Assembly (NCBI GenBank): GCA_964016885.1
Contig: OZ024749.1
Span: 39,618,001-39,682,000, forward strand
DNA: 64,000 bases
Direction of reading: 5' to 3'
From: Eledone cirrhosa
Lineage: Eukaryota
A program made the translations under genes and the position numbers. The notes under the pieces are model-generated. The model worked only from the letters and a program-made list of their open reading frames with translations, was not told the DNA's origin and did not search any database. Positions 29,362 to 40,551 of the stretch are shown one piece after another (within the stretch, counting starts at the first letter, position 1; every line of letters begins with the position of its first letter).

Positions 29362-30272
29362 GGAGGACATGATATGAAGGCTAAAAAACACTTGTGGATA
29401 GTGCAGTTTTAAATCAACATATGAGAAGTAGTTTTAGATTGATGTGAGATATTGGGAAAAATATTTTATTTAGAGGGGGGGGGGGGGGGATGAAAAAAGA
29501 GGAGGAGATGGAGGAATATAATGAGGAAGGATGAGATAGGAGGAGAGATGGGTGATAGAGAGAGAGAGATAGTTTTTATAACTGAGAAAGATATATTGTT
29601 TTACATAGAGAGGTTGAAAACCGTTGGAAGATAATGTATAAATTAAAAGAATTTGAAAATTAACGAAGGGAAAAATATGTGCGAGGAAGGAGAGAAGAGA
29701 ATAATGAATTGCGGATGAATATTCTAACGTCAAAAAAAATGTATATGTTTACGAAGGATTTTTATAAGGTGATATAAATTTTGAATGTGTTGTATTATGT
29801 AATAATTGATTCTATGTTAGGCAAGAGTGAGAAAAGGTACAGATTAGGGGTTAGATATTAGAGGAGAGGAAAAGGAAGTGATAAATATGAGTGGTGTAGA
29901 AATAGTATACAAGTATTATCGAAATTTGAAAATTAACGAAGAGAAAAAAAAAGAATGTAAAGTTAAGGTTTGTATATTGAAGGAATTGATAATATGTGCG
30001 AAGAAAAAGAAAATGTTAATATGTATTGAGAATGAGTTAGATGATAGGGAGAAAAAAATAATGAATTAAGGATGAATAATCTGGCGTCAAAACAAATGTA
30101 TATGTTTACGAAGGATTTTACAAGGTGAAATAGAGTAAGGGTAATGAGTAAACAAGTATTATAGAGTGTATAATACCCTTTGAAATAAGGTAGGAAGATG
30201 GGTATATTTTAAAAGAGGTGTATGTATATGTGCCTTTGAGAAAAAGATTCTAAATTGATAAAGAATTGAATA

Positions 30273-30452
30273 TTAGCTGTATACTTTGTGAAATGTTTTA
30301 TGGAATTTATGCAAGCAGATAGAAAATAAGTCGGTGCGTCTATTTATTATAGAATCTAGATTAGAGATAATGGTAAATTTTTCATTTAGGCAGAGATTGC
30401 AGATTTTAGATAGAGAACTGTTCAAGACGCAGAAGAAACCTTCTTCCAAAAG
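30273..30452 (-). pseudogene. Penelope-like GIY-YIG endonuclease C-terminal fragment
   Basis: Translates ...SKICNLCLNEKFTIISNLDSIINRRTDLFSICLHKFHKTFHKVYS*, matching the PLE motif CxLCLxEK...LN[KR]RxEL.SxCxH. Confidence 0.7.
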
Positions 30453-30457
30453 ATATG

Positions 30458-30539
<82 letters not shown>

Positions 30540-30664
30540 TAAAGAGTTATTTAATTTGTTGGTTATTCAACAAATTTATTTAGAACAGATTCGAAGCACT
30601 CTACAGAATTCTTCTGGAGTATAATATCAATAATATTAATAAATGGAAACTATCTTTATAAAAT

Positions 30665-30723
30665 TTTTATTATATATATTTCAAGGGTACCAAAACTTTG
30701 GCACGCCCTCATCAGATAAAATA
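30665..30723 (-). ncRNA. Hammerhead motif, family 1 (left arm of a 330-bp inverted repeat)
   Basis: Minus strand: ttttat CTGATGA gggcgtgccaaa-gt-tttggtaccctt GAAA tatata TA ataaaa. Confidence 0.75.
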
Positions 30724-30851
30724 CAAAAGTTGTTTTACAGATAGTGACATATCCCAAAACAAGAACTTATCGTTTTAAGTTCTGATTCAAATAGAACTTA
30801 AATCGATAAGTTCTTGTTTTTGGATATGTCATATCTGTAAAACAACTTTTG

Positions 30852-30908
30852 TGTTTTATCTGATGAGAGCGTGCTAAAATTTTGGTACCCTTGAAATATA
30901 ATAAAATA
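30852..30908 (+). ncRNA. Hammerhead motif, family 1 (right arm; loop 3 shortened)
   Basis: tgttttat CTGATGA gagcgtgctaaaattttggtaccctt GAAA ta TA ataaaata. Confidence 0.65.
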
Positions 30909-30964
30909 AATATGGTTTTATAAAGATAGTTTCCATTTATTAATATTATTGATATATATATATG

Positions 30965-31065
<101 letters not shown>

Positions 31066-31210
31066 CTATATATATATATGTATATATATATAATGTACAT
31101 ATAACTATAAATAATATTATTATTATTATATATATATATATACATATACACACATATATATATATACATATATATAAATATACATCCACAGATATATACA
31201 TATATATACA

Positions 31211-31258
<48 letters not shown>

Positions 31259-31589
31259 AGATTCGATCATATAGATTGTACCCAACTCTGAAATCAATAG
31301 TTCACCTATTTATATACATATATATACCTGCTTTGGTTATATAGCTTCTAATTGAATGGAAGGAATGGTGGGTGGTGTGTTGGTGTAATGGTAATAGATT
31401 GGACTGGTAAACCAACGATATGGATTCGTGTCCCATGTACGTCAATATTCATCCCTTTTACCCATTCACAGTGTTTTTTTAAAATTACATCTAACAAACT
31501 AATTCTATTTAGTCAAATACGGCATAAGCACATGTTACTACCTACGTTTAAGAGAGTTCTTACAGAATGTAGAATAGGAAGATGAATCA

Positions 31590-33168
31590 CTAATCAGAAA
31601 TAAAAAGTGTTTCAAACCTCCGATAAAAAGAGACAAACACTTGGAAGAATGCATAACCTGTCTACGATGACCTGCACAATCAAGTATTGCAGAGAGGAAC
31701 TATAAATCAAATTAGCCACAGACCAACACCTGCTAACCCTTAACAACTTACAGAGAAACTCCCCAATAAGTATATAAGAAACTGACAATGGCAGAGCAAT
31801 CGTAATTATGAATAAAAATCACTACAAGGATATGGTCCTAGAACAACTAAATGACGAAGACTTCTCCAAGAAAATAAAAAGCGAAGAAAAAAAACAATGA
31901 TCCAAGTAGGTAAACTGACTATAAAATATTAGAACAACCTAACACAAAATGAAATCAATTACTTAACTACCTAACACAAAATGAAATCAATTACTTTGAA
32001 GTGAGCACCAGTAATGTTTTGGATTACCAAAAATACATAAATTGAGACAACTACAAAACAATATAAAAGGTAAACAGACAGCATACAATGAAATACCAAA
32101 AGCTACGGATTTAAAATCACGCCCAATCATTTCCGGTCCAGTGTCCAGCACATAACGTCTAAGCAATCTATTAGATGTGATACCAATATATTTATGTAAA
32201 AAGGTACTAAGCGTCATCAGAGACGACATGGACGTTGTGAACTATATTCCCCCAAAAGTTGCACCAAGAAACAGTTATAGTTAGTTTTAATGTAAGAAGT
32301 CTATACACCAATATCCCATACAATTTAGGATTTGAAGCTGTAGACTTCTGGATAGCAAAACACCCAGATTACTTCCCAGAGAGATTCCCGAAAGACTTTA
32401 TTCTGAAAGGACTGAAACTAGTATTAGAAATTAACCACTTCCTCATTGACAACAACTTTTATTTACAAATAAAAAGAATGACCATTGGCACAAAAGTAGC
32501 TCCAATATATGCAACACTCGCGTTGGGCCTTCTAGAGGAAAAGTTATATCCCCATATACAGGAAACGCTCAACCAAGAGTGTGTCATCTATAGAAGGTAC
32601 AACTGGGAGTGATATCTAGATGACTGCTTCATCTTCTGGAATAGAAACCAAAAATACCTGGAAAGGTTTCATTCTAACCTAAACAGACGACACGAATCAA
32701 TACAATTCACAATGGAATGGAATACGAAGGAACAACCGTTTTTTTTTTGGACATCTTAATTATTGAAGAGGAGAATAGTCAAACAGATCTCTTCTATAGA
32801 CCAACAGACATACACCATACTTAAATTTCCGATCATCACACCCCTTACATACGAAAAGGAACATTCCCTCTAATATGGCACGACGTATTTGCACCATAGT
32901 GACTAACACCACATTACGGAAAAACACATTACATGAATTGAAAGTGTTTCTTCAAAGAGAAAAGTACCCTGTGAACTAGGTCAATACGGCCATCTTCAAG
33001 GCCGAGAACATCCCAGTCACAAACAAAATAAAAGGGGAAAAGGCGATTGCTCTTTTTGTTATCACGCACAGCACCAGGAACTATGATATTCTGAAAGATG
33101 CTAAGCAATACCTCTCCATACTCCAACAGGCTCCCAAAATGAATGAAATCGTAAAAGAATCGCATAGT
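31590..33168 (+). pseudogene. Decayed Penelope-like retroelement reverse transcriptase
   Basis: Motifs in order across stops and frameshifts: TDNGRAIVIMNK, FGLPKIHK, RPIISGP, VSFNVRSLYTNIP, FYLQIKRMTIGTKVAPIYA, YLDDCFIFW, IQFTME, FLDIL, LNFRSSHPLHTKRNIP; truncated by a (TA)n tract. Confidence 0.92.
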
Positions 33169-33225
33169 GTGTATACATATATATATATATGTATGTGTGT
33201 GTGAATGTATATGTGTGTGTTTATG

Positions 33226-33284
<59 letters not shown>

Positions 33285-33288
<4 letters not shown>

Positions 33289-33910
33289 GGAAAAAATGAA
33301 ACGAAATTTCATTTCCCACTCTTAGCACGGCTGTTACTTAAATATAAGTATGTACACGTACATACATATATGTATACAGACGTACAGTAGTATGTATATA
33401 TATATATATATACATACATGCACACATATATATATGTACGTATGGATTCACCGAACATTTATTATAATGCTCGGTGTGTTTGTAAACAAACATCCCGTAT
33501 TAAGCCGTAGTGTCTAGCAACCATCGTTGCTCGTTTGTTCAACACTGACAAAGGAACGCTGTACTAGTTTCAAGCTTATTAGCTATCGTCAGCAACGTAT
33601 ACCTTCCTGCCAGATTGTTGAACGTATATACTTACCTTATGCATATTAACGGCTGAGTAGCCCAATTTGCATATCGAGTGGGTTAATCGGCCGGGTGCAC
33701 CGAAAACGATAAACGGAAAAAATGAAACGAAATTTCATTTCCCACTCTTAGTACGGCTGTTACTTAAATATAAGTATGTATACGTACATACATATATGTA
33801 TACAGAGCATTATAATAAATGTTCGGTGAATCCATACGTACATATATATATGTGTGCATGTATGTATATATATATACATACTACTGTACGTCTGTATACA
33901 TATATGTATA
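33285..33910. mobile_element. Non-coding pLTR-like unit with direct and inverted sub-repeats
   Basis: 33285-33380 is repeated directly at 33711-33805; 33365-33475 is inverted at 33805-33910; contains an HHR. Confidence 0.6.
33556..33598 (-). ncRNA. Minimal type-I hammerhead, family 3
   Basis: Minus strand: acgttg CTGACGA tagct-aata-agctt GAAA ctag TA cagcgt; ACTAGT palindrome at stem/loop 3. Confidence 0.8.
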
Positions 33911-34014
33911 TGATCTTCTCCAAATAAATATTTGCTCTACGGTTCTTATATATTTGATATATATTTATCCTTATCGAGCCCTCTTTGGATTTTAGTCTTC
34001 AAATTTATTATTAT

Positions 34015-34049
<35 letters not shown>

Positions 34050-34053
34050 GTTA

Positions 34054-34108
<55 letters not shown>

Positions 34109-34165
34109 TTGTGCACGTATGCATATGTGTATGTATGCATATGTGTGCATATGTGTAGGTATGTG

Positions 34166-34197
<32 letters not shown>

Positions 34198-34234
34198 TGT
34201 ATGTATGTATGTATGTATGTATGTATGTATGTAT

Positions 34235-34805
34235 CCCAGTACAACCTGACCCATGGTCGGCTCGTTGGCGACTAAACTGGCAACCCTACCAAGGTTTCTT
34301 GGTGAGGAGGGTGACTTGGACATCCTGCAGGACTAAAAACAAAACTGTTAAAGGGCAAAGGAGCTCTTAAGAGTCAATGGCCATCCAAAATCACCGGGAG
34401 AGATGACACCTTAGCCTTTGTCAAGGCAGAATTCTAGGAGAAGGAAAACTCTGATATAACACCTCAACCCTGATGGTATCCAATGATGTTGACTTGTTCT
34501 TCTTTTTGGTAAATATCATCTCGGTTAAGAGAGTGGGACTGGTTTTGTGCAGTGCCTTTGCTCACTATAAAAGCTTCACGGCACAGGCATTGCTTTATAT
34601 CTGGAGATCTCTCTGCACTTGTCATCACATGGTACCATGGGCCCAGCACTATGTGTCAGTAATTGTCACAAGTGTAGTGTTTGTACCAGAGTTTTCAAGT
34701 CGCTGGCTGGACTAAAAAGTCACACTCGTTCAGCGCATCGGTAGGAGTTCTCCTACATGGATATAAAGTAGTGGCCGTACTCGAAAACGAGTTGGCAGCC
34801 ACCAT
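34235..34805 (+). mobile_element. Non-autonomous RTE-like element in (TATG)n
   Basis: Paralogue of 11208-11750 with a longer 5' end; (TGTA)n tail. Confidence 0.7.
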
Positions 34806-34851
34806 GTATGTATGTATATGTGTATATACATGGGTGCATGTGTATGTATAT

Positions 34852-35215
34852 GCGCGGGGACATTGAAATAGTCGGGCTGGACACCCGATCGCGCGGTTAA
34901 ACCACTGGGAGTGAAGGACCCCTAGTCTTTGTCAGGGCATTCTTCTAGGAGAAGGCAACTCAGGAAACTGGGATAACTCCGATATAAAACCTGCGGCTCA
35001 GTAGTTACCGATGATGTTGATCATTTCTTCTTTTCGTGTTATAGCTACTGTCGCTCAGAGAGTGGGATTGGCTCAGTGCACAGTCTTTCCTCACTTTAAA
35101 AAAATATCTTCACGCACAGGCATTGCACGATAGAATTAATTAATAATTATTAATAATGGTATATCGTGCAATGGCCATACTCGATAACGAGGGGGTAGCC
35201 ATCATGTATGTATGT
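34852..35215 (+). mobile_element. Related second RTE-like non-autonomous family
   Basis: Shares 'ttctaggagaagg', 'gatgttga...ttcttcttt', 'gagagtggga', 'cacaggcattgc' and the 3' end 'ggccatactcga.aacgag..gg.agcca.catgtatg' with the upstream element; 3' fragment also at 49110-49140 (-). Confidence 0.6.
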
Positions 35216-35324
35216 ATGTATGTATGTACGTGTGCAAATATGTAGTGTTGCCATGAAAAAAGTGTTCTGCTTTGATCCAAGTGAAAACCATGACATATGG
35301 CAATGTTAAAGAAATACAGGGACA

Positions 35325-36020
35325 GTGATGATGGTGGTGGTGGTGATGGTGGTGGTGGTGGTGGTGGCGGTGGTGGCGGTGGTGGCGGTGGTGATGGTGG
35401 TGGTGGTGGTGGTGGTGGTGGTGGTGGTGGCGGTGGTGGCGGTGGTGGTGGTGGTGGTGGTGGCGGTGGTGGTGGTGATGGTGGTGGTGGTGGTGGTGGT
35501 GGTGGCGGTGGTGGCGGTGGTGGTGGTGGTGGTGGTGGTGGTGGTGATGGTGGTGGTGGTGGTGGTGGTGGCGGCGGTGATGGCAGTGGTGGTGGTGGTG
35601 GTGGCGGTGGTGGCGGCGGTGATGGTGGTGGCGGTGGTGGCGGCGGTGATGGCTATCGTGAATTTATTGATGGCGGTGGTGACTATGATGATGGTGGTGC
35701 TGATGGATATGGTGATGGCTATCGTGACTGTGATGATGATGGTGATGATGATAACGACGATGATGGTGATGGTGGTGGTGATGGTGAAGGTGAAGGTGTT
35801 GGTCGTGGGGGTGATGGCGGTGGTGATCGTGATGATGATGTTGACGGTGAAGGTGAAGGTGTTGGTTGTGGTGGTGATGGTGACGGTGAAGGTGTTGGTT
35901 GTGGTGGTGGTGGTGATGGTGGCGATGACAACGATGATGTAGATGATCACGACGAAGATGATCACAAAGATGGATGAGGATGAGGATGAGGATGAGGATG
36001 AGGATGAGGATGAAGATGAT
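35325..36020. repeat. (GGT/GGC/GAT)n microsatellite
   Basis: Read directly. Confidence 0.95.
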
Positions 36021-36459
36021 GGCAGCCAAACCTTGGCACGACGTAAAAATCCGAAATATTCCAATTCTAAAGAAACAACGCAACGTGAGGTGTAGGTAAT
36101 CCTCGTTTTAAAATCATAGACAACTTCCGGTAATTTCCGTGAGTGAAAATTACAATAAAAAAAGAGAATCAATATATATATATATATATATATATACGAT
36201 ATTAAACAAATGGAAACTATATTTATAAAACCATATTTATTTCGTTATAAATATGGTTTTATAAATATAGTTTCCATTTGTTTAATATCGTAAACCTACC
36301 CCAGAAACTGTTGAGTGCTTTTATATCAGTTATAAAATATTTACTCGTTGTAACCCAACAATCTTAAATAAAACTTTTGCATATATATATATATATATAT
36401 ATAATATAATAATGAAATGACAGGAGGCTGGATTTGTGTAAATCCTTGAAAGGTTTATT

Positions 36460-36517
36460 ATAATATGATCATTTCAATGACCGGGTTCCGTATGAATCCG
36501 GTGATATCATCAGGTAT
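36460..36517 (-). ncRNA. Hammerhead motif, family 2
   Basis: Minus strand: atac CTGATGA tatcaccggattc-atacg-gaacccggtcatt GAAA tgatca TA ttat; one stem-I mismatch. Confidence 0.65.
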
Positions 36518-36526
36518 TTAAATAAT

Positions 36527-36706
36527 TGTTTCTACTTTAGGTACAAGGCCAGCAATTACCCAGTGCATTACTGGTACTTTATTTTATCGACCCCGTAAGG
36601 ATGAAAGGCAAAGTCAACATCGGCGGGATTTGAACTCAGATCGTAAAGGGACGTAACTATGTTGGAAAGCATGGCGTCCGACCCTCTACTGATACTGCCA
36701 ATCCAC
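36527..36706 (-). mobile_element. SINE family A with 12-bp TSD, inserted at the centre of the HHR inverted repeat
   Basis: TSD tatttaaataat at 36515-36526 and 36707-36718. Confidence 0.9.
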
Positions 36707-36716
36707 TATTTAAATA

Positions 36717-36774
36717 ATACCTGATGATATCACCGGATTCATACGGAACCCGGTCATTGAAATTATCATAGTAT
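36717..36774 (+). ncRNA. Hammerhead motif, family 2 (tandem copy 1)
   Basis: atac CTGATGA [stem II accggattc/gaacccggt] GAAA ttatca TA gtat. Confidence 0.7.
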
Positions 36775-36784
36775 AATAAATTAA

Positions 36785-36842
36785 ATACCTGATGATATCA
36801 CCGGATTCATACGGAACCCGGTCATTGAAATAATCATAGTAT
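36785..36842 (+). ncRNA. Hammerhead motif, family 2 (tandem copy 2)
   Basis: atac CTGATGA [same stem II] GAAA taatca TA gtat. Confidence 0.7.
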
Positions 36843-37059
36843 AATAAACCTTTCAAGGATTTACACAAATCCAGCCTCCTGTCATTTCATTATAATATTT
36901 AACTCCGTAATAGCACCACCAACTACAAAAACAAAGACGGTTGAACTGCTTTACGTTGAGTACTCTCTATATTATTACATTACGATTGACCATACGGAAT
37001 AGACCAGCTCTATCAAGTGGTGAACCTCAAATCTGAATATATATATATATATATATATA

Positions 37060-37240
37060 GGAACGAGTAGGACCCCGACGGCTGAGCTCGAGCCGTTTCG
37101 ACGGCTAATTCTGGACTAAAAAAACTAAAAAAACCTCACCCGTTGGGGTCCTACTCGTTCCGATTAACCACTCTACTACCCTAAGTATTGAGTACTTTGG
37201 TGCGTTATGGTCCACTTGGTTCCTTACCACATTTCCTTCG

Positions 37241-37283
<43 letters not shown>

Positions 37284-37560
37284 AAAAAGTATGACCCCGA
37301 CGGCAGAGCTGAAGCCGTTTCGACGTCTATTTCTGGACTCTGGTGGGTTATGGTCCATCTGGTCCCTTACCACAATTCCTTTGTTATATATATATATGAA
37401 AAGATTCAGGACCCCGACGGCTGAGTTCGGGCCGTTTCGACAGCTAGATCAGCCGTCGGGAGTTATCAATCTTTTCATATTACTCACTCTACTACCCCAA
37501 GTATCGAGTACTCTGGTGGGTTATGGTACACCTGGTATCTTACCACCACTTCTTTGTTAA
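37060..37560. mobile_element. Cluster of short (TA)n-associated elements with a GC-rich stem-loop (pLTR-like)
   Basis: Three 'gaccccgacggc.gag.t...gccgtttcgac' units plus repeated 'gagtact.tggtg.gttatggtcca' units; same family at 47044-47245 and 52203-52290. Confidence 0.65.
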
Positions 37561-37602
37561 ATATATATATATATATAATGTATAAAAATCAATACAATAT
37601 AA

Positions 37603-37678
37603 TTACCTCATTACCAGAGGTTTCCCGAATGAGGCGAATACGAAATAAACGTCTTCATTCGTTCGTCAGACGAGGCAA
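37603..37678 (-). ncRNA. Hammerhead, family 4 (left arm of inverted repeat)
   Basis: Mirror of 37801-37876. Confidence 0.8.
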
Positions 37679-37800
37679 TATAAAACATGGGTAAATACTT
37701 AGAAAAACTCATCAAGAAAATCAAAAAAAGATTTTTTGATTTTTTTTGATTTTTTTGATTTTCTTGATGAGTTTTTCTAAGTATTTACCCATGTTTTATA

Positions 37801-37876
37801 TTGCCTCGTCTGACGAACGAATGAAGACGTTTATTTCGTATTCGCCTCATTCAGGAAACCTCTGGTAATGAGGTAA
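37801..37876 (+). ncRNA. Hammerhead, family 4 (right arm)
   Basis: ttgcctcgt CTGACGA acgaatga...tcattcag GAAA cc-tct-gg TA atgaggtaa; 9-bp stem I, GUA cleavage triplet. Confidence 0.82.
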
Positions 37877-37978
37877 TTATATTGTATTAATTTTTATACA
37901 TTAAATTTTGCTCTGATACTTACATAGAGCACTCTTCACTTCTATGACCTTTTCTGTTTTCCAACGGAAATTTCAATA

Positions 37979-38020
<42 letters not shown>

Positions 38021-38311
38021 CAGACTAAATAAAGATGTCGTAGGCATACGATACAACAGGAGGAAACATAATAGCACCACTTACGATGTTGCAGATGTGC
38101 AACGAAAGAACTTTGTTAGACTATATATGTGTTTGTGTCTATATTGTATCTGTATTTTTGACCGTTGGTCAGTCAATAGTAACATTGAGGACCGAATAAA
38201 TTAAATTAACCGATATATTGACACAGAAGCGAAAACCAACCAAACAGTGAGTGTGTTCTGTTATTAATTCTGGCAATATTATTATACACAAATATGACCC
38301 TCCCCAAGTAT

Positions 38312-38378
<67 letters not shown>

Positions 38379-38530
38379 ATATATCTCATATGAAATGATA
38401 CAGCCAATTTTCCACACAATACAATTAATTAGCACCCCGAACGTTTAATTAGGAATATACTCAGGTATTTCCTAATGTTTGTTGAGTGAGTTGGAATTTG
38501 GCCGGAGTATCGCTATTAGCTTTCTCCGAT

Positions 38531-38561
<31 letters not shown>

Positions 38562-38746
38562 GTAAAAGTTCTATTTAAATTGTTGGGATACAACAAGCAA
38601 ATATTTTTATAACTGATATAAAGCACTCAACAAATAATTGGAGTAAAAATACGATATTAACAAATGGAAACTATATATGGAAACTATATATATATATAAG
38701 TAAGGTACTCAATACATAGCAGAGTATAAATATTTAATATAGAAGT

Positions 38747-38797
38747 GGCTTCTACAGGACTAGAACTGTTTTATTCAGAAGAAATCATCAGGAAGCC
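38747..38797 (-). ncRNA. Hammerhead motif, family 5, probably inactive (GAAA mutated to AAAA)
   Basis: Minus strand: ggcttc CTGATGA tttc-ttct-gaat AAAA cag-ttctagtc-ctg TA gaagcc; perfect 6-bp stem I. Confidence 0.6.
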
Positions 38798-38798
38798 T

Positions 38799-38852
<54 letters not shown>

Positions 38853-38853
<1 letters not shown>

Positions 38854-38989
38854 TTATTTCTGAAGACAGCATATATATGTGATGGTATGTATATTCTCCT
38901 TGATAGTTTGTATAATTTTGTACATAGATCTTTTGAATATGCATACCAATTCTAACACATATATGTCCTAGAAACGATCGTAAAATAAT
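38853..38989 (+). ncRNA. Hammerhead, family 6, with a ~100-nt stem II domain
   Basis: attattt CTGAAGA cagcatatatgtg...cacatatatgtccta GAAA cgatcg TA aaataat; perfect stem I, palindromic loop 3. Confidence 0.8.
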
Positions 38990-39051
38990 GAACTTTTTTT
39001 GTTTAATATAAGGAACTGTTTCTTTGTTTTATTCATTATTTTTTTAATATG

Positions 39052-39100
<49 letters not shown>

Positions 39101-39161
39101 ACATGACCCCAGTTTAGTGCCCCACCTACCCTTTGACTTTGTTTCCTCAAAACCTTCTTAA

Positions 39162-39263
39162 TAATTGTTTCTACTTTTGGCACAAGGCCAGCAATTATCT
39201 CAGTGTATTACTGGTACTTTATTTTATCGACCCCGTAAGGATGAAAGGCAAAGTTAACCTCGG
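39162..39263 (-). mobile_element. SINE family A, 5'-truncated
   Basis: Matches the family A 3' half. Confidence 0.8.
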
Positions 39264-39569
39264 CAATACAGATTGTGCAGAAGAGATATATTTTTGAAGG
39301 TGTGGATTAGAATTATATTGATAACAATTTTTTTAAAAATTGTCACAGGTTCACTCAGAGAAATTACCGGAGGTTGTCTGTGATCTTGACACGAAAGATT
39401 GCATGAGGGGTATGTGTGTGTGTTTGTATTTGTATATGCGTATGTGTTTTTGTGTGTATGTGTATGTGTTTTTGTGAATGCATGTGTGAGAATGTGTGAG
39501 TGTGTGTATGTGTTGGACCTCCGCCGGTTCCGATTATGAGTATTCCTGTTGTTTGACCAACGGAGCCAG

Positions 39570-39850
39570 CTGTTCATGAAAGCACTTTACAAGTGGTTGA
39601 GCATTCCACGGTCACGTGTTTCATGAACACAGTTCTCAGGGAGATTCAGTGTGACATAGTGTATGACAAGGCTGAGAATCAGATCACTTTGAATTAGAGG
39701 TTTAACTATTTTTTTCCAGCTAAATGGATTGGAGCAACATGAAATAAAGTGACTTGCTCAAGGACACAACGCGCAGCCGGGAATCGAACTTACAACCATA
39801 CTTACAATCGTGATCCTAACACTACTCCAACCACTAAATTACGCACCTTC
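39570..39850 (-). mobile_element. SINE with B-type head
   Basis: 'ggagcaacatgaaataaagtgacttgctcaaggacacaac...ggaatcgaact' is the reverse complement of the core and B-box. Confidence 0.7.
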
Positions 39851-40153
39851 AAGATGCGTTTGTAAGCCAGCAGACGATAGTGATGTCAGAAGACAAGTGA
39901 TGTCAGATAGAGGTGTCAGAAAATTTGGGGAATGTCCTTTCTAAAAATGGCAAATGGAATCATGTTTGGAAGCGAAGCAGAAGAAGTAAGTTGGCAGAAG
40001 AGATTCGGAATATCCGTTCTGTAAAAATGATTTGGGTGAAAATATAGTGACAGATAGCGATAGATAATTAAAGGTGACAGAGAAATATAAATGGAGGGAG
40101 CTAGGTATGGCTAGCAAAGATCTTTTCTATAAACATAAATGGCAATTGGAATT

Positions 40154-40198
<45 letters not shown>

Positions 40199-40476
40199 AT
40201 TACTACTACTAATAGAAGAAGAAGAAGAAGAAGAAGAAGAAGAAGAAGAGGGGTGACAGACATCTCGGAATATCCGTTGTGGAAATGTTTAGTGAAAGTA
40301 GCGACAGCATATTTAAGATGACAGAGAAATGGAAGAGAGGGGAAGTTCTTTCTATAAAAAGCTTCTGTTGGTCTTTTTGTGCTATTTTTGAGGAAATAAT
40401 TTAGCTTCGATCCGTACGTAACACACCAACCAGAATTTGTCATCTGTTGCTAAAGAACTGCTTCAAATATGCACAC

Positions 40477-40551
<75 letters not shown>

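Larger units (their letters stand above)
29150..30452 (-). mobile_element. 5'-truncated Penelope-like element: endonuclease C-terminus, 3' UTR with direct repeats, terminal hammerhead
   Basis: Protein motif at 30273-30452, repeated UTR blocks (~29650-29775 and ~29925-30130), HHR at 29291-29361 on the same strand. Confidence 0.7.

Noticed and set aside
31373-31445. tRNA-like sequence (tggtgtaatggt ... ggattcgtgtccc)
   Set aside because: A/B-box-like motifs are present but a convincing cloverleaf cannot be formed; more likely a decayed SINE head or pseudo-tRNA
32259-32612. 117-aa ORF as an intact gene
   Set aside because: It is a fragment of the decayed Penelope RT: a stop lies before YLDD, the first catalytic Asp reads Asn (SFNV), and there are frameshifts on both sides
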